A stretch of DNA of 64,000 bases from Perkinsus olseni. Taxonomy: Eukaryota. Both the position numbers and the translations under genes were made by a program. The stretch is from assembly GCA_013115125.1 (NCBI GenBank), contig JABANN010000003.1, positions 62,001-126,000 on the forward strand, written 5' to 3'. A model generated the notes under the pieces. The model was not told where the DNA came from, did no database searches, and was given only the letters and a program-made list of their open reading frames with translations. Of the stretch, positions 12,775 through 24,805 are shown piece after piece (the stretch's first letter is position 1; each line of letters opens with the position of its first letter).

Positions 12775-15700
12775 ATGGTGGCCTACAAGTATCCCTACGA
12801 CTTGTATCACCAGGCCTTCGAGAACCCAGAGCTGGCCCATCGCACGGCGTGTGTGAAGGTTGGTGAGGACGGCGCAGTTTCGGACGTCTTAACGTATGCC
12901 GAGCTGTGTAGTCAAGGAAGGGATATGGCGTACTGGTTGAGTGCGATACTTGGGGTTAGGGAGGGGGACTGCGTGGGTGTGGCAATCGAGCGCTCAGGGG
13001 CGTGGCTGAGTATCCTGTTGGCTTGTAGTGCCCTGGGCACTGTGATGGCGCCGTTGGATCCGTCGGCTGATGAAGGGTAATCATGGGAGTTTCGCTGTGG
13101 GCGCTCTCGCTGATGCTGCGAAAACTACGACTTACCTGGATTTGAGAAACCTGAATTGGGAGTTCATTTGAGTTCTTTTCAGGCGACTCCGCGATCTTCT
13201 CTATCAAACGTCACCGGATATCTTGGTAGTTCGTTCGGGTGTTGGAAATACCGCGGGACTGGAATCAATGGCTGCCTGCCGCGTGATCGACATTACCCGA
13301 TCCGATGCCGTCTCGAGCCGTCCCCACCATTGGGTTGCTCCAACACTCTCGGTCTGCGATCCCGGCTACAGGCCGCTCTTCAAGATGTTTTCTGGAGGAA
13401 CAACTGGAACGCCGAAGCTAATACCAGTCACGCATGGCATGCCGCTGTCGGAGCTACCAGGGTATGCCGAAGATGTAGTGAAGCTGCCACCGGGGAGTCC
13501 TCAACCCGTAGTCCTCCAGTTTTCTGGGCTTCAATGGTTAGCTTCTATGATGGGCCAAGTTAATATCGCTCTCGCTACTGGTGGGGTTTGCCTCTTCGCT
13601 GATTGTCTGAAGGTCGGCTTACAGTGCGTTGACTATCCCCCAACTATAGTGGGGGCGGTCCCTACGCAACTGTTTCTGAACGCAACCCTCTTGTCGAAGT
13701 GCAAGCTTACTCACCTTTTGCTTTGGGGCGAGGCTTCAACTCCTGCTAAGCTGGCTGAATTGCAAGCCTTGGTTGGGAAGGCTCGAGTGGTGGACTTGCT
13801 GATTGCGACAGAGTTCTGGCTGTGCCTGGTTTGTGATGGTAGTATGGGGGTTGTCCTTGAGCTTATCGGGCATGTTTGACGGGGTTACCGTTTCCAGCTC
13901 GAAGTACTTTACGTCACCCTCATTGTGAATATCCCAATACATACCTCATCATTCGGAGTCTCTTTTGGTTGGGGTAGACTGTTTTCGAGCCACCCGTACC
14001 CTCCCTCGACGCATGTCTGTTCAGATGGTTCCGCGATGTTCCGAACTCTTCGCTCGAAGGACGTTGAAATCAAGTTAGCCCCGCTAGGGGATGAGGACGC
14101 AGCGCCGGTGGATCACAGGTATCTGTCTTCGCTTGTGGCGTCTGAATCCGTTATTTACATTTCTGTCCCTCTGCCGACTCAGGCCTCGAAAACGCGGGGA
14201 ATTGATGATGCGCGGCCCCTTTGTGTGCCAGCCTTTAACAGACGAGGAAGGTTGGTTTAGAACAGGAGATGTTGCTGAGATGGATGATCGAGGTAGTAGG
14301 TGGGTAATGTGGGCGCATTGTCGGCGTGGCTCAGATTTTTAGTCGATGCGGCTTTCTGCCTTCTACGTTCTCTTGTTGTAGGTCGAGTGCATTACCTTGG
14401 TCGCTTGGGTGGAAGGCTAAAGGCCTCAGGAGGGGTTTGGATCGACGCGCTGCCCATTGAGCAATTGGCACTTTCCTGCGGTGCAGGTGTCGAGGAGGCG
14501 TCCGTTCTTACCCACGACGGGCGCAACTACATGTTTGTATATATGAAGAAGTTGGAGTCTGAGGCGAGCGACTCCGACTCTGACGACTGGTATGCTGGGT
14601 CATCGGATAACTCTCATTCCGATGATGACGGAGAAGGGTCGCGTACTGCTCCTTCTTATGCGATCACCGAGGAGGATGAGTCTGCTTTGTCGATGTTGGG
14701 CCAGTACTCAACTTTACGCAGCGCCCTGGCCGCGAACAACGATGCTGCGGTTCTTGATTTGACCATTCGGATGTCCTGCAAGCCCTTACCGAGGAATCCC
14801 AATACGAACAAGATAGACCGATTTCAATTGGTCAAGGAAGTGCTTGGCCACGAGAACTCATGGAGGCAGTGTCTGGAGCCGGAGCGACGGCGTCGCCTGA
14901 TGAGCGCTTGGAAGCGTGTTGGGCTTTGGGGCGCCGGCTCACTGTTAGCATGTGGCCCGAAGGAGTTCTTTCTGCATCTGCCGTACATGTGGCTGTCGAC
15001 TCTCTACTTGCCCGTCTTCGAGGAGGATGCTACAACTGTGAGGGAGAAGATCGGTCTCTTCGTACTACGCCTCATTAGAAGTTGCCCGCTCGACCGTATA
15101 GGGTTCTTTGCTGCGTGGTTTGCCCTCTCCCGCCGTTTCAAACCGGTCCGGAAAATGACTTGGGTGTGGACCTTAGTCGGAGCCTTCTTAGCCTTCAAGG
15201 ACGGGCGTTTCCTCTCTTGGCCGCCCGCGTTCTGGTACGCCATTGGGAACCAGAGCAGTTATGAGTCGGCCAAGTGGCTGTCATGGGGATTCGCTAAACG
15301 CCAGATCAAGTGGAACGCGCAGTGGTTTTGGTGGTACCTCTCGTTGAGATGGTTACGGAATGCTGACAAAACGACTTACGGTGGTTACGGAGGGGACTGG
15401 AGGAATCAGGTGGCACCCAAAGAAGATAAAGTCGCCGTACCCAAGGACGATGAGAGCGTTGATGGTATCGAGAGGCAGGATGCCCTCAGCGTACTCACTG
15501 ACGAGGCCCAAGATACGCCACTAGAAGCAGCGGAGCAGTCGGAGGGGTCGCTTGGCTTACCTGTTCCGGAGGATCTCAGACCAGTAGAATCAACGGCTCC
15601 GTCTGTCAACCTGGATATGCCCGAGGAGAGCCAAGGTTCAAGGGTTGCTGGTGAGGGCGGTGAAAACGTCTCTACTGCGGACTCCCCTTCTTTGCCGGTT

Positions 15701-17788
15701 GAGGGAGGCGGGCAAGCACCCATATCGGGAAAGGCTAGCATAGTCGACGATGACATCATGTCTGCCTCGGACCTCGGAGAGAGTCCCGATACTCTAACTC
15801 CGAACGAAACGAGTGCGGAGGAGAGCCTTCCGGTGGAGAAGCTGGAGGTGCCTCCCCAGAAGTATCATTACAGAACCTTCCAGAAATGGTGGTGGCATGA
15901 GAGGGCTTTGGACCGGTTCGACTGGACGAGGACTCATTTTGTTAAGGGCGTTCGTAACGTCGTCCGCACTGTTCCAGATGCGACGCAGTTGGTTGGGGAT
16001 GTTAGCTCAGAGCAAGTATGCGCTTTGGTGTCGGGTATCACAGGTTGGCCTAAGGTGGACGCCAGCACAGATCTGGGCGGCATGACGTCGCTGCAGATCT
16101 CTATGCTTATGAAGAGGTTGCCGGGGCAAGTTGCCGCTAAGGACGTTTTGCTGTGCAAAGATGTCGCCCACTTAGTGGCATTGTTGCAGTCGCCGATGAA
16201 GGAGGAGGCAGTCTTGCAGCCTGTTGGTTCTGAGGAGCCTTTCCGGGCATGGTTCTCACCGGGGCAGTTGAACAGAGTTTGCAAGTGGGCCTTCCAGATC
16301 CGCGGTGATCTGGACATGGATCGCTTGCAGGATGCTGTAGATCGCATGGTTGATCGGCACCCCATGCTGAGAGCTCGGGTCGTCGGACCAGCCCGCATAT
16401 CGAGCTTCCTTTACGACAGCGTCATGGTGCTCTTGCCGACTTTGTCCCGCCTTCCCGAGCACTCCTGGACGTCGTGGTGGCTTCGGCTGCTGATTTGCAA
16501 GCCTCTTTGGCATGCATGGGTTAAGGTCCGTTGTCGTGAGCGCGAAGGCCATGTCCCAATTGGGGTTCGCTGGGCGTGGGGGAAGGACCCTCGTAAGTGC
16601 CAGAGGCAGATGTTCCGAGCACGAAGCGATATGGAAGACGACAGATCCGACGACACCCCTCTCAAGCTGTATTTGGTCCAACAGCGCATAGACGACCCCG
16701 AGAACCCGGAGACGTTCATCGTGAGACGTCAGTGGTTGTTCGTCATGATTCGGCATGCGTGGTCCGACGCTTTGTCTTACTTCCCCATCGCGGACGACCT
16801 GAGCAAGGCGTTTTCGAACGAAGATCTGCTTGGCGAGCCTTTGGAAGTGGTCGACCCTCGACCATTGCTACAGCAGAGATTCTACGATGGTCTTCGAGTA
16901 ACTCACGGAGCCCCGGATCGTAACAGTTTCCGTGGCTCGTATTTCTATGATGAATTCATGACTAGAGATGCATATCATCACTACTGCAAAATTACTAATA
17001 GATTCATTTGTCACTTCCGTTATTTGGCCGAGGAGCATTATCACATCCCGCTGGAGCACTTGTTGATTGCCTGGATTTCATTGAGCTTGGCTCGTGCTGA
17101 CCAGAACGAGAATGTGGGTATGACTCTCTACACTCCTCTGCGTGATGGCCCGATGGAGAGTCAGATGCTTGCGCTTCTAGCCGACTGGCGCGACTTCGAC
17201 TTCGATTTCTCCTTTGAAAGAGGATCTGTGATGGACGCGGTTCTTCACGTTTCGGATAAGCTCAGGAGGCGTGACTACACGGTTTTTGACCAGCCTGGCA
17301 ATCCCGAGGCGACTCTGTTGAACTTCCTTTCGCTGGACACCCGCGTCCGCGGCAATGGGAGGCTACGTCATGTCCATGTGGACAAGGTTGGTTTTCGTGA
17401 AGACGACAACGATAGGTCCTGGGGCTGGGTTGATCGACAGCAGTGGCGCGAGGGCCCCGGACATCGCCAGCGCAGCATGACCCTCGAGCAAACAAGCGCT
17501 CGCGGGGCTTGGTGCTTCGCGATGACGTTGGCTCCTGAGTATTATCCTCCGGAGTGGTGCAGAAGGTTCTCCTATTATATGAAGTTGACGGCTGACCAGG
17601 TCTTCAGGGATCCACTCGGCTCGTGTGGACGTGTGCAGTATGACGAGGAAAACTACGCAGAGGAGTGGAAGAAGTGGGAGAGGGACTCTGAAGCGGCCGA
17701 GAGATACGACATGTTCCAAGAAGATGAGTTGATGTGGTCGAAGTTGCCCACACAGACTGCAAGTCAGCACGCTATTCGTGATGATTAG
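12775..17788 (+). CDS. NRPS-like enzyme: adenylation domain, hydrophobic membrane segment, carrier (T) domain, terminal condensation domain
   Basis: A-domain cores [37 protein letters not shown] and [12 protein letters not shown]; carrier motif GGMTSL (Ser codon about 16088); C-domain RHPMLRA and RHAWSDALS (about 16751). About 4 introns in the 5' part; the last exon is about 3.4 kb. Confidence 0.85.
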
Positions 17789-17940
17789 TTTCCTCCAGCC
17801 GATAAAAATTACGTTGCTTTCTGTCCGGTGAAGTATCTTGAGTTGACCATAATATTCGAGGCGCGCGCTCATGTCGCGGTTCCGCGTTCGTCGCCCGACT
17901 CGGAGGAGCTTCGACCCGTAACAGTTAAGATTTTTTGTAA

Positions 17941-19500
17941 ATGCTTTTACATGACTTGGTAAATGCTCCTCGTCCACACTACATTTGCGTCCTCCTCTCG
18001 GGCCTCTCCGTGCTGCTGTATAACCTGCGAACGATCAAATTCGGCTTGGATCGGCCTGTAGAACTCTGGCCCCTTGCATTCGTCTGTGTTAGTCCAATGA
18101 TCGCCGCTCAGGAGTACCACAGGTCGTTCTTAGTCTCCCTTGTGACTTTCACGATATGCTCGACGTTATTCTTCTGGTCGATTGGGCTCGAGTGGTACGT
18201 TGGCTTTGTTACGGGCCTTATGTGGGGCGTCCTGTGGGACCTTCTAGAGTTCTCCGACCTCTACTTGTTCAACGACAGATTCGATACAAGCAAGCCAACG
18301 AGAAGAGCGACGTACTGGACCACCATAGTCTACATAACCTCCCTCTTTTTGGGGACATTCTTTGCCTTGAGCACTCCCTTGCATGACGCCCCGATCCTGA
18401 TCCAGCCGATTTCTCTCCTCGGCTTTTACGCGTTGGAATTCACCGTGTTCACAGTTAATGCGGCTGCCGGTCAACTGGTTTTCTCACAGGACCGGAAACC
18501 TCTGGCAAAGATCGTGCTGTGGTGCATGATTGGTTGGACGTTCATCTCGGCGATTCAGTTCTACGTTCCACGACTTTCCGCTGGGCCTTCGGCAAGAGTG
18601 GCTACGATCACGCCTGGGGCAGAGCTCGGTGGAGTTTCATGTGATAAGACTGTAGTTGAACAGTATGAGAAGGATGCCACGTGCAATGGGACGCTGGAGA
18701 GGCAGCTCGAATTGACCCGACACGCTGTCACAGTCGGTGGCGCCAAGTTCGTGGTGTGGCCGGAGATGTGGCTCGGGCCGTTCCAGAATCTGACAGATGC
18801 GGAGGATTATGTTTCCTCTCATGTGGGGCCGTTAGCAGGACGGCTGAGCGCTTTCGTGTCTGTCGGGGCCCTCGTTGGTGAAAGTGGTAATATTGCGATC
18901 ATGGTGGGACCGGAGGGCGAAATTCTGGGTGTGTATGGGAAACAGAAACCGCTCGCTCTGGTCGGAGAGAAGAGCTTGTTAAGGTTTGGTTATCCGACAT
19001 ATGAAATTCCCTCGACATCTCTCGTTGAACGGAATAGAACCTCCTCTGGCAAGGTTGGGACACTTATTTGTTACGATGTGGATTTTACTGGACCTCTGCG
19101 CTCCATCATTATGCAGGGGGCGGGGCTGATTCTAAATCCGTCGCAAGACTGGTCCGCAGTTAGGGACCATCTATCGCAGGCCGTCTTCAGAGCGGTGGAG
19201 AGCAGGGTTGCCATTGCGAAGGCAGACATGGCATGGGACTCGGTTATCGTGGATCTTTGGGGGCGGAAGCTTGCTCGGTTCCAGAGTCTCAACGAACGAG
19301 AGAATGTCTTGGTTGCGACAGTCGAGCTGGGCAACGGAGCGCCAACGGTCGCCACGGTGACTGGTGATATCCTCCCGCTGCTTTGCGCTGCATTTTCCCT
19401 GTTTGTGCTGGTGTCTGCCGGGCGGAAATGGTATGAAGTTCGACTAGCAAGGCGCGTATACACTCCCGATGGAGAATACGGCTCTCTACTGTCGGCGTGA
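17941..19500 (+). CDS. lnt: Apolipoprotein N-acyltransferase (Lnt)-like membrane nitrilase-superfamily enzyme, intronless
   Basis: About 6 N-terminal hydrophobic helices; Glu-Lys-Cys triad in VVWPE, YGKQKP..VGE and LICYD; RAVE..V.I motif; C-terminal T.ATVTGD followed by a TM helix, as in bacterial Lnt. Confidence 0.85.
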   Translation: MLLHDLVNAPRPHYICVLLSGLSVLLYNLRTIKFGLDRPVELWPLAFVCVSPMIAAQEYHRSFLVSLVTFTICSTLFFWSIGLEWYVGFVTGLMWGVLWDLLEFSDLYLFNDRFDTSKPTRRATYWTTIVYITSLFLGTFFALSTPLHDAPILIQPISLLGFYALEFTVFTVNAAAGQLVFSQDRKPLAKIVLWCMIGWTFISAIQFYVPRLSAGPSARVATITPGAELGGVSCDKTVVEQYEKDATCNGTLERQLELTRHAVTVGGAKFVVWPEMWLGPFQNLTDAEDYVSSHVGPLAGRLSAFVSVGALVGESGNIAIMVGPEGEILGVYGKQKPLALVGEKSLLRFGYPTYEIPSTSLVERNRTSSGKVGTLICYDVDFTGPLRSIIMQGAGLILNPSQDWSAVRDHLSQAVFRAVESRVAIAKADMAWDSVIVDLWGRKLARFQSLNERENVLVATVELGNGAPTVATVTGDILPLLCAAFSLFVLVSAGRKWYEVRLARRVYTPDGEYGSLLSA

Positions 19501-19646
19501 TTTCCGCTACTCCTCTGTTACCATGGCCTGTATGGTAGAATTCTGACATGACTTGACACTGTCAAGTTGACAGTAAGATGTCATTGCGATGCGTTCAGTT
19601 TGGGGGATGACGTAACGCGAGCAGAGTGTCTGGTCCTTGTCGTCTA

Positions 19647-21178
19647 ATGTCCAAGCGAGTAGCCGAGAGCCAACTGACCAAGGATGATGCCCCAGAGGAA
19701 GACAATGTGGAGGACCCTGGCACTGGACGCGAGAGGGCCTCCGCTGACGTACGCACGAATCAGCCGGGCATTGGTTGGGCATTGGCATGAATTGCCGAGT
19801 CAGATACTTGCGAAGCGTAAGATTGTTTCAGTGAGACGGAAGAGTGAAGCGGCGGCTGCTCCCGCAGCGGAGAAGGTACTGAGATTTATCGGGCGGGTGG
19901 ATTACCATGAAGAAATACTGGTCTCAGCCTTCTACCGCCTCGGAAACGGAGAGTGTGGCTTCTTCCCAGAATCCATTTGCTAATCTAGGAAGTGAGTTCC
20001 TTCACTTCATCCGCTTCATTCGGATCATCCGCCTTTCCAGCATCATCCAAGTCGGGAGAGAGTGAGGGAGGCCCCAAAAGCAGTAATCCATTCTCTGGCA
20101 TCTCCTTCGCAAGTGCCTCAAAAAGTGGCGGAGGGAGCCTCTTCGGCGACATTGGCAAAAGTAGTGAGCGGGTTGTACATTAGCATTTTCAGCTCCGAGA
20201 TTCGGCTGGCTTCTGTAGGTATGGCCGGGGGAGCCGGCAGTGGATTCGCTGCCTTCGGCGCCGACCAAAGCAGCAAGTCGGAGACGGGCGAGCCGACCAG
20301 CCCGGAAGAAGGTGTCATCGTTAGAAGAGACTTAATGTCCTTTTAATCTAAACACTTCAGGAGATTCGTCCGAGACGTCAGAGCCCCAGCCCCATCCTGT
20401 TTGCAGTGGCGAAGAGGGCGAGTCTTTGATGTACTAAGGCGTGGTGGACCAATACGACGTACTGCACTCGGCATAGGTTCTCGTCTGATTGCAAGCTATA
20501 CAAGCTGATGAAACAGCAAGACGAAAAGGAAACAGCCGGCTCAAGTACGGAGTTGTTGGTTTCCGTTCCAGGCAAAGGCTTCAATGCAGGCAGTAGTGAA
20601 AGCAAGGCCAGCGGCTCGAAGTATAAGTGGACGGAACGAGGCATGGGCAGCCTCAGGGTCCTCAAGAAGGACAGCGATGATAACGTACGCGTTGGAAGCC
20701 ACTTTCTGTGCGGAAAGCGGTTCTTCGTCAGGCCAAGGCGGCTGGACGGATAGTCGTTCGTATGAAGGGAGTGTGGAAAGTTATATTGAATACACCGATA
20801 TTAGATGCCGATAAATATGAATTGGTAATAAGGCGCATTTTTCATCTGCTCTTAGCTGGCCTTTCGCTTTGGTCTCCGCGCGATTGTCCTCTGATGGAAC
20901 CAACTCTTATTTGCCTCGTCCAGGTGGGTACCAAGAGCGTCAAGTTCTTCGGTCTTGACGACGAGAGCGACGAGGAAGGTCAATTGGCGTCCTATCGCGT
21001 TAATGTACTAGGACAAATCGGCGTTTCATCCATCGTCACAGTATTGTGCTTCTCCGCTCAGTTGCTTTCTTCCGAGAATCAGTCCGAGTTCTTAAAGGCG
21101 GTCAAGAGCTTCTCATTAAGCGGTGCCTCTACAGCCGCCCCGACGCCCGAGGCAGCAGACAAGAAGGAAGAAGCCTGA
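19647..21178 (+). CDS. NUP50: Nucleoporin Nup50/Nup2-like (N-terminal importin-binding motif, F/FG-rich linker, Ran-binding domain)
   Basis: MSKRVAESQLTKD and ILAKRKIV N-terminus; SNPF/SLFG repeats; KWTERGMGSLRV..RIVVRMKGVWKVILN RanBD motif. Confidence 0.8.
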
Positions 21179-21264
21179 GGAAGTTCTCTAGCCCAAATAG
21201 TCTTTGCTTGTTGTGTTAACTCCACTGTTCTCCAAGTTTCACCCTTCAGTCTGTGCTCCGTCTG

Positions 21265-22170
21265 ATGGGACTCCGATCGAAGCGCAGAGCTCTTCCAAAG
21301 AAGAAATCCTCTTCGGCGACTGTAACGCTGAAAGCCCCTGCGGGTTTAGGGGTCGAGGCCGAGCATGAGGAGCCGGAAGGTAATAGACGGTGGGATGCGC
21401 AAGAGTTGCTAGTTCCATCCCGAGGAATAATACAGTCCTTTTTCGACGGAGAATATTGAAGGTTCGCTGAGATGCATCGCACAAGTCAATTCATTCCAGG
21501 TGCCATTTCTCCAGGACAGGATCAAAGCGTGGTAGAAGCTTCAGTAGAGGACACCGCTGAGGGTACCACTGGGAGTAATTCGCGCCCAATTTGGATATCA
21601 GCATTTTTCTGGCGCAGAAACACCTTCCGAGCCGAAGTCGAATGCCGAGCCCAAGTTCTTTTGGATGGACCCCGCGGCCCAGGCAACTCTAGTCGGGTTG
21701 AAGGCTCGAGGTGAAGAGAGAGCCGCCAAGTTAAGAGCCGCCAGGGCTCAGCCCTATGTGGTGAAGGTAATTGACCTGTGTACCCTCTGTGCTTACAGAG
21801 GTCTCTATGTGGTTCATCACTAGGGCTTCACTGTCGTTAACAGTAGCACGCCACTCACGTCTGAGGCCCGGCGAGCAACAACAAGCACTCAGTGGCTTCA
21901 GGAAGGTGAGTCCAGTGGGCGGAGTTTCGGTTGTTCATTGTGGCTTCGTCTCAGAGCTCTACGGAAATCGCACGAGGAAGAGATCATGGAAGGTGCTCAA
22001 TGATCGCAATCTCACCGATGCGTGATGAGCAAGTCTTGGCGAAGCTGCTACTGTCCCTCTGTACGTTACGTCCCTCTTGTTCACAGTTTCTACGTACTCG
22101 CGACGACTCGTGTTTTATGCTGTTAATCACGGCTTGCGGCCATGAGCCGGAGTATGACCGTGCTCCGTGA
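21265..22170 (+). CDS. Hypothetical protein, multi-exon (boundaries approximate)
   Basis: MGLRSKRRALPKKK start and a chain of GT-AG-bounded open exons (EPKFFWMDP, QWLQEELYGNRTRKRSWK). No family recognised. Confidence 0.45.
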
Positions 22171-22230
22171 TGGTATCACGAGTTCAGTCCCCGGGAGAGA
22201 TCTCGCCACGCCGGGAGAAGGGATGATTGA

Positions 22231-24316
22231 GTGATGCCAAGAAATATTCTGGCCTGGACTGTGAAGAACGTGATGCGATATGATGCTTGCTCTCGAAGGG
22301 TAGTATCGACCCGTCCGATGCCCAACGACTACGCGCCGGCGAAGGCCCGCCAGACCAGACAGAGGCGCCTTCCTTTTTTATGCTGTTTTCGGGAAAACGA
22401 CGACCACGACCTTGATCGAGATGAAATTCCAAGCCACCCCAAGTAATGAGATGCCGCCAATAATGATTTTGTACTAGAGAGTTCATTCAGAATTGCGATT
22501 GAGGCTGGGCCTACAGCACGGCGGGCCTCCTATCGTACTTCTAGTGGCATCCCGGTTAATCAGTGCTACGATAGCGCACTGGTATCGACTACTGTTACCG
22601 GGAAGAACTTGCATGCTCAACTGCGAGACTCAGGTGAGACTATGCTCTGACACGGCGCAGCGTTCTCTGCCGGTAGAGTCTCGATCTTTAACGGAGAAGT
22701 CGGAGGATGGCGATCATAGCTGTTCGCCGGAGGAGGTCGAGGTCACATTCAGCCAAGGGGAGACGGAGGGCGATGGCTCAGAGAAGCCTCGAGGAACGAA
22801 ATTGATCCGGTGAGTTACGGACAGTGCGATGTTTGCCCACCCGGTGGAGGGCTTCACTTCTACCGATGAGTACTCAATCCCCGTATGAATCGAATGCGGA
22901 TGAATCCAGTCACAGCTCTCCTACAAAGGCTTATTTTTGACTCTCGTACGAAGTGTCGTTGACTCAGATCGGCATCGGACCCGAAGTCTTGTCGTATCAA
23001 CCAAATTGCCGAGGTGCAGGTGGTCATGCCTGCTTCAAGGCCCAGAGCTGACGGCACGGCTGAAGAAGAGCGACGCGCTGAAGGTTCGCCTTCCTCCCGA
23101 CCCCGCTGCATTCCGATTTCAGATGCGGACTCAGAAGCTGTAGTGGATGGCGCCGAATCTCTGCCGAAGCCGTAGGAATTGAACGTTTTTCACGCATGTC
23201 TCCGAGGCAACCTCGATGATTACCACGGGCATGCTCTCTCAGGACTCCTCGATCTCGACACGAGCGCGATTTCGATCTAGACCTCGACGGAACATCTGAC
23301 GGTTACTCACCAAGTCCGGGACGAAGATCGGGTACATGGTGTTACTACGAAGACTTTTATCTTGGCAGCCTGTGTGATAGGCTCTTTGCGAAGACGTCAT
23401 ACCGACAGACCCAATCTTCCACGACTGTCCTTATCGAGCTCCCCAGGGAGCTCTCCACCACCAAGCGGATTGAGCAAGAATGAGAAGTTTGTGCATAAGC
23501 ACTAACACAGTTGACTTGCCGAATCATCAACTGTCTCAGGCCGAAGCGCCGACATACCGGACAGGCAGAGGAGAACTCCTCTATTTCTCCGCCCCACACT
23601 GGCGGACGTCCTCCCCCAGGTCAGCTACAAATGCCATTCATCGTGTGGCACTCCCGGTCTCATCTCTCAGGCTCAAGCCCGACCAATTCGCCACCTGCTA
23701 GTCAAGACCGTGCGGTTGGAGTAACAGCGCGACCAGCTAGACGCTCATCTGGGTCCTCGGTTTCGACCATACCTAGAATCCCGCTCGGCGATAGTCCTTC
23801 CAGCCCTCGGACCGATGGTACCGTGACGCGCTTGCTCGGTTCTGCGAGAGCGCGGAGTTTTGGAGCGCCGCTCACCGAGAGAACACAGGAGCGCAGAGGC
23901 AAACTCCACTATGCTGCTGTAGCCGCGGAGAACGAGGAGTGTACCTTCCGACCGCAAATTTGTGCGAAGAGCAGAAGACTGGTCGCACACAGGAAGACGG
24001 AGCTGGAGTTACGTCAACGAGCGAGTGCTGCCCTCCGGCAGCAGGACGAGAACAGGCAAGTTCTGGTGCCCACACGGACAGATGTTCCGCCACCTCGGCA
24101 TCTCGAGTACGAGAATGCTGGAAAAACTCGTATAGCCACGTCGAGAATATCAGTAGCACAGCTGAAGGCTGCTCTAGCATCCAGCTTGCCGGAGAACGGC
24201 CAGCAAGCGCGTGCGGAAGTAATTCACGTCGCTGTGGGTATGGATTGAAGAAGTTGATTCGTGAACGACTTGCATGCTGCAATGCCGTCTCATTTACTCA
24301 GAAACGGTTGTGTTGA
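22231..24316 (+). CDS. Hypothetical low-complexity protein containing an ECTFRPQI motif (boundaries approximate)
   Basis: Plus-strand exons with GT-AG boundaries and a long Ser/Pro/Arg-rich exon at about 23500-24060. Confidence 0.45.
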
Positions 24317-24805
24317 TAGCAGAAGCGGTCTCGCAAGCCCCACACAAATCTTGACTGCAAAGAGAGTGTGTAAATATTAGAGGTCATGCTCATTACTAGG
24401 AGCTTTCGTCGGGGGATGTATTCCTTTTGTACGGCAGCTAGCCGGCTCAGTCAGGGGGTTCATGCAGCGTGACCACACCAGCTCGCTGGGAGAGTCTATG
24501 TGTAGATCTTCGAGACAAGCACCTGCCCGAGTGCGTAGTAGTGCGCTTCAACTGGGCACCTCACCATTGGTGAAGCAGAAAATGCGTTCACGTCGGGTGC
24601 AGTCCTTGCACCTAGACCAAAACTCAGCCATATCCTCCGCCATTCTAGGTTCGACTAGGACGGCCAAGAAGACAAGGAATCGCATGGTGGAAAGAATGGA
24701 CTCTAGACCCACTCATCACATTGACTTCACATCAACAAATTCCATCGTCACCCAACGAGGGTATGGGAACGAAAGCTCGGTAGAGGTTGGCTAGGGAAAA
24801 CTCAT

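Noticed and set aside
14381-19500. Bacterial contamination or misassembly
   Set aside because: The NRPS-like gene has spliceosomal introns in its 5' part and is contiguous with the large exon. Flanking genes are eukaryotic with similar composition.
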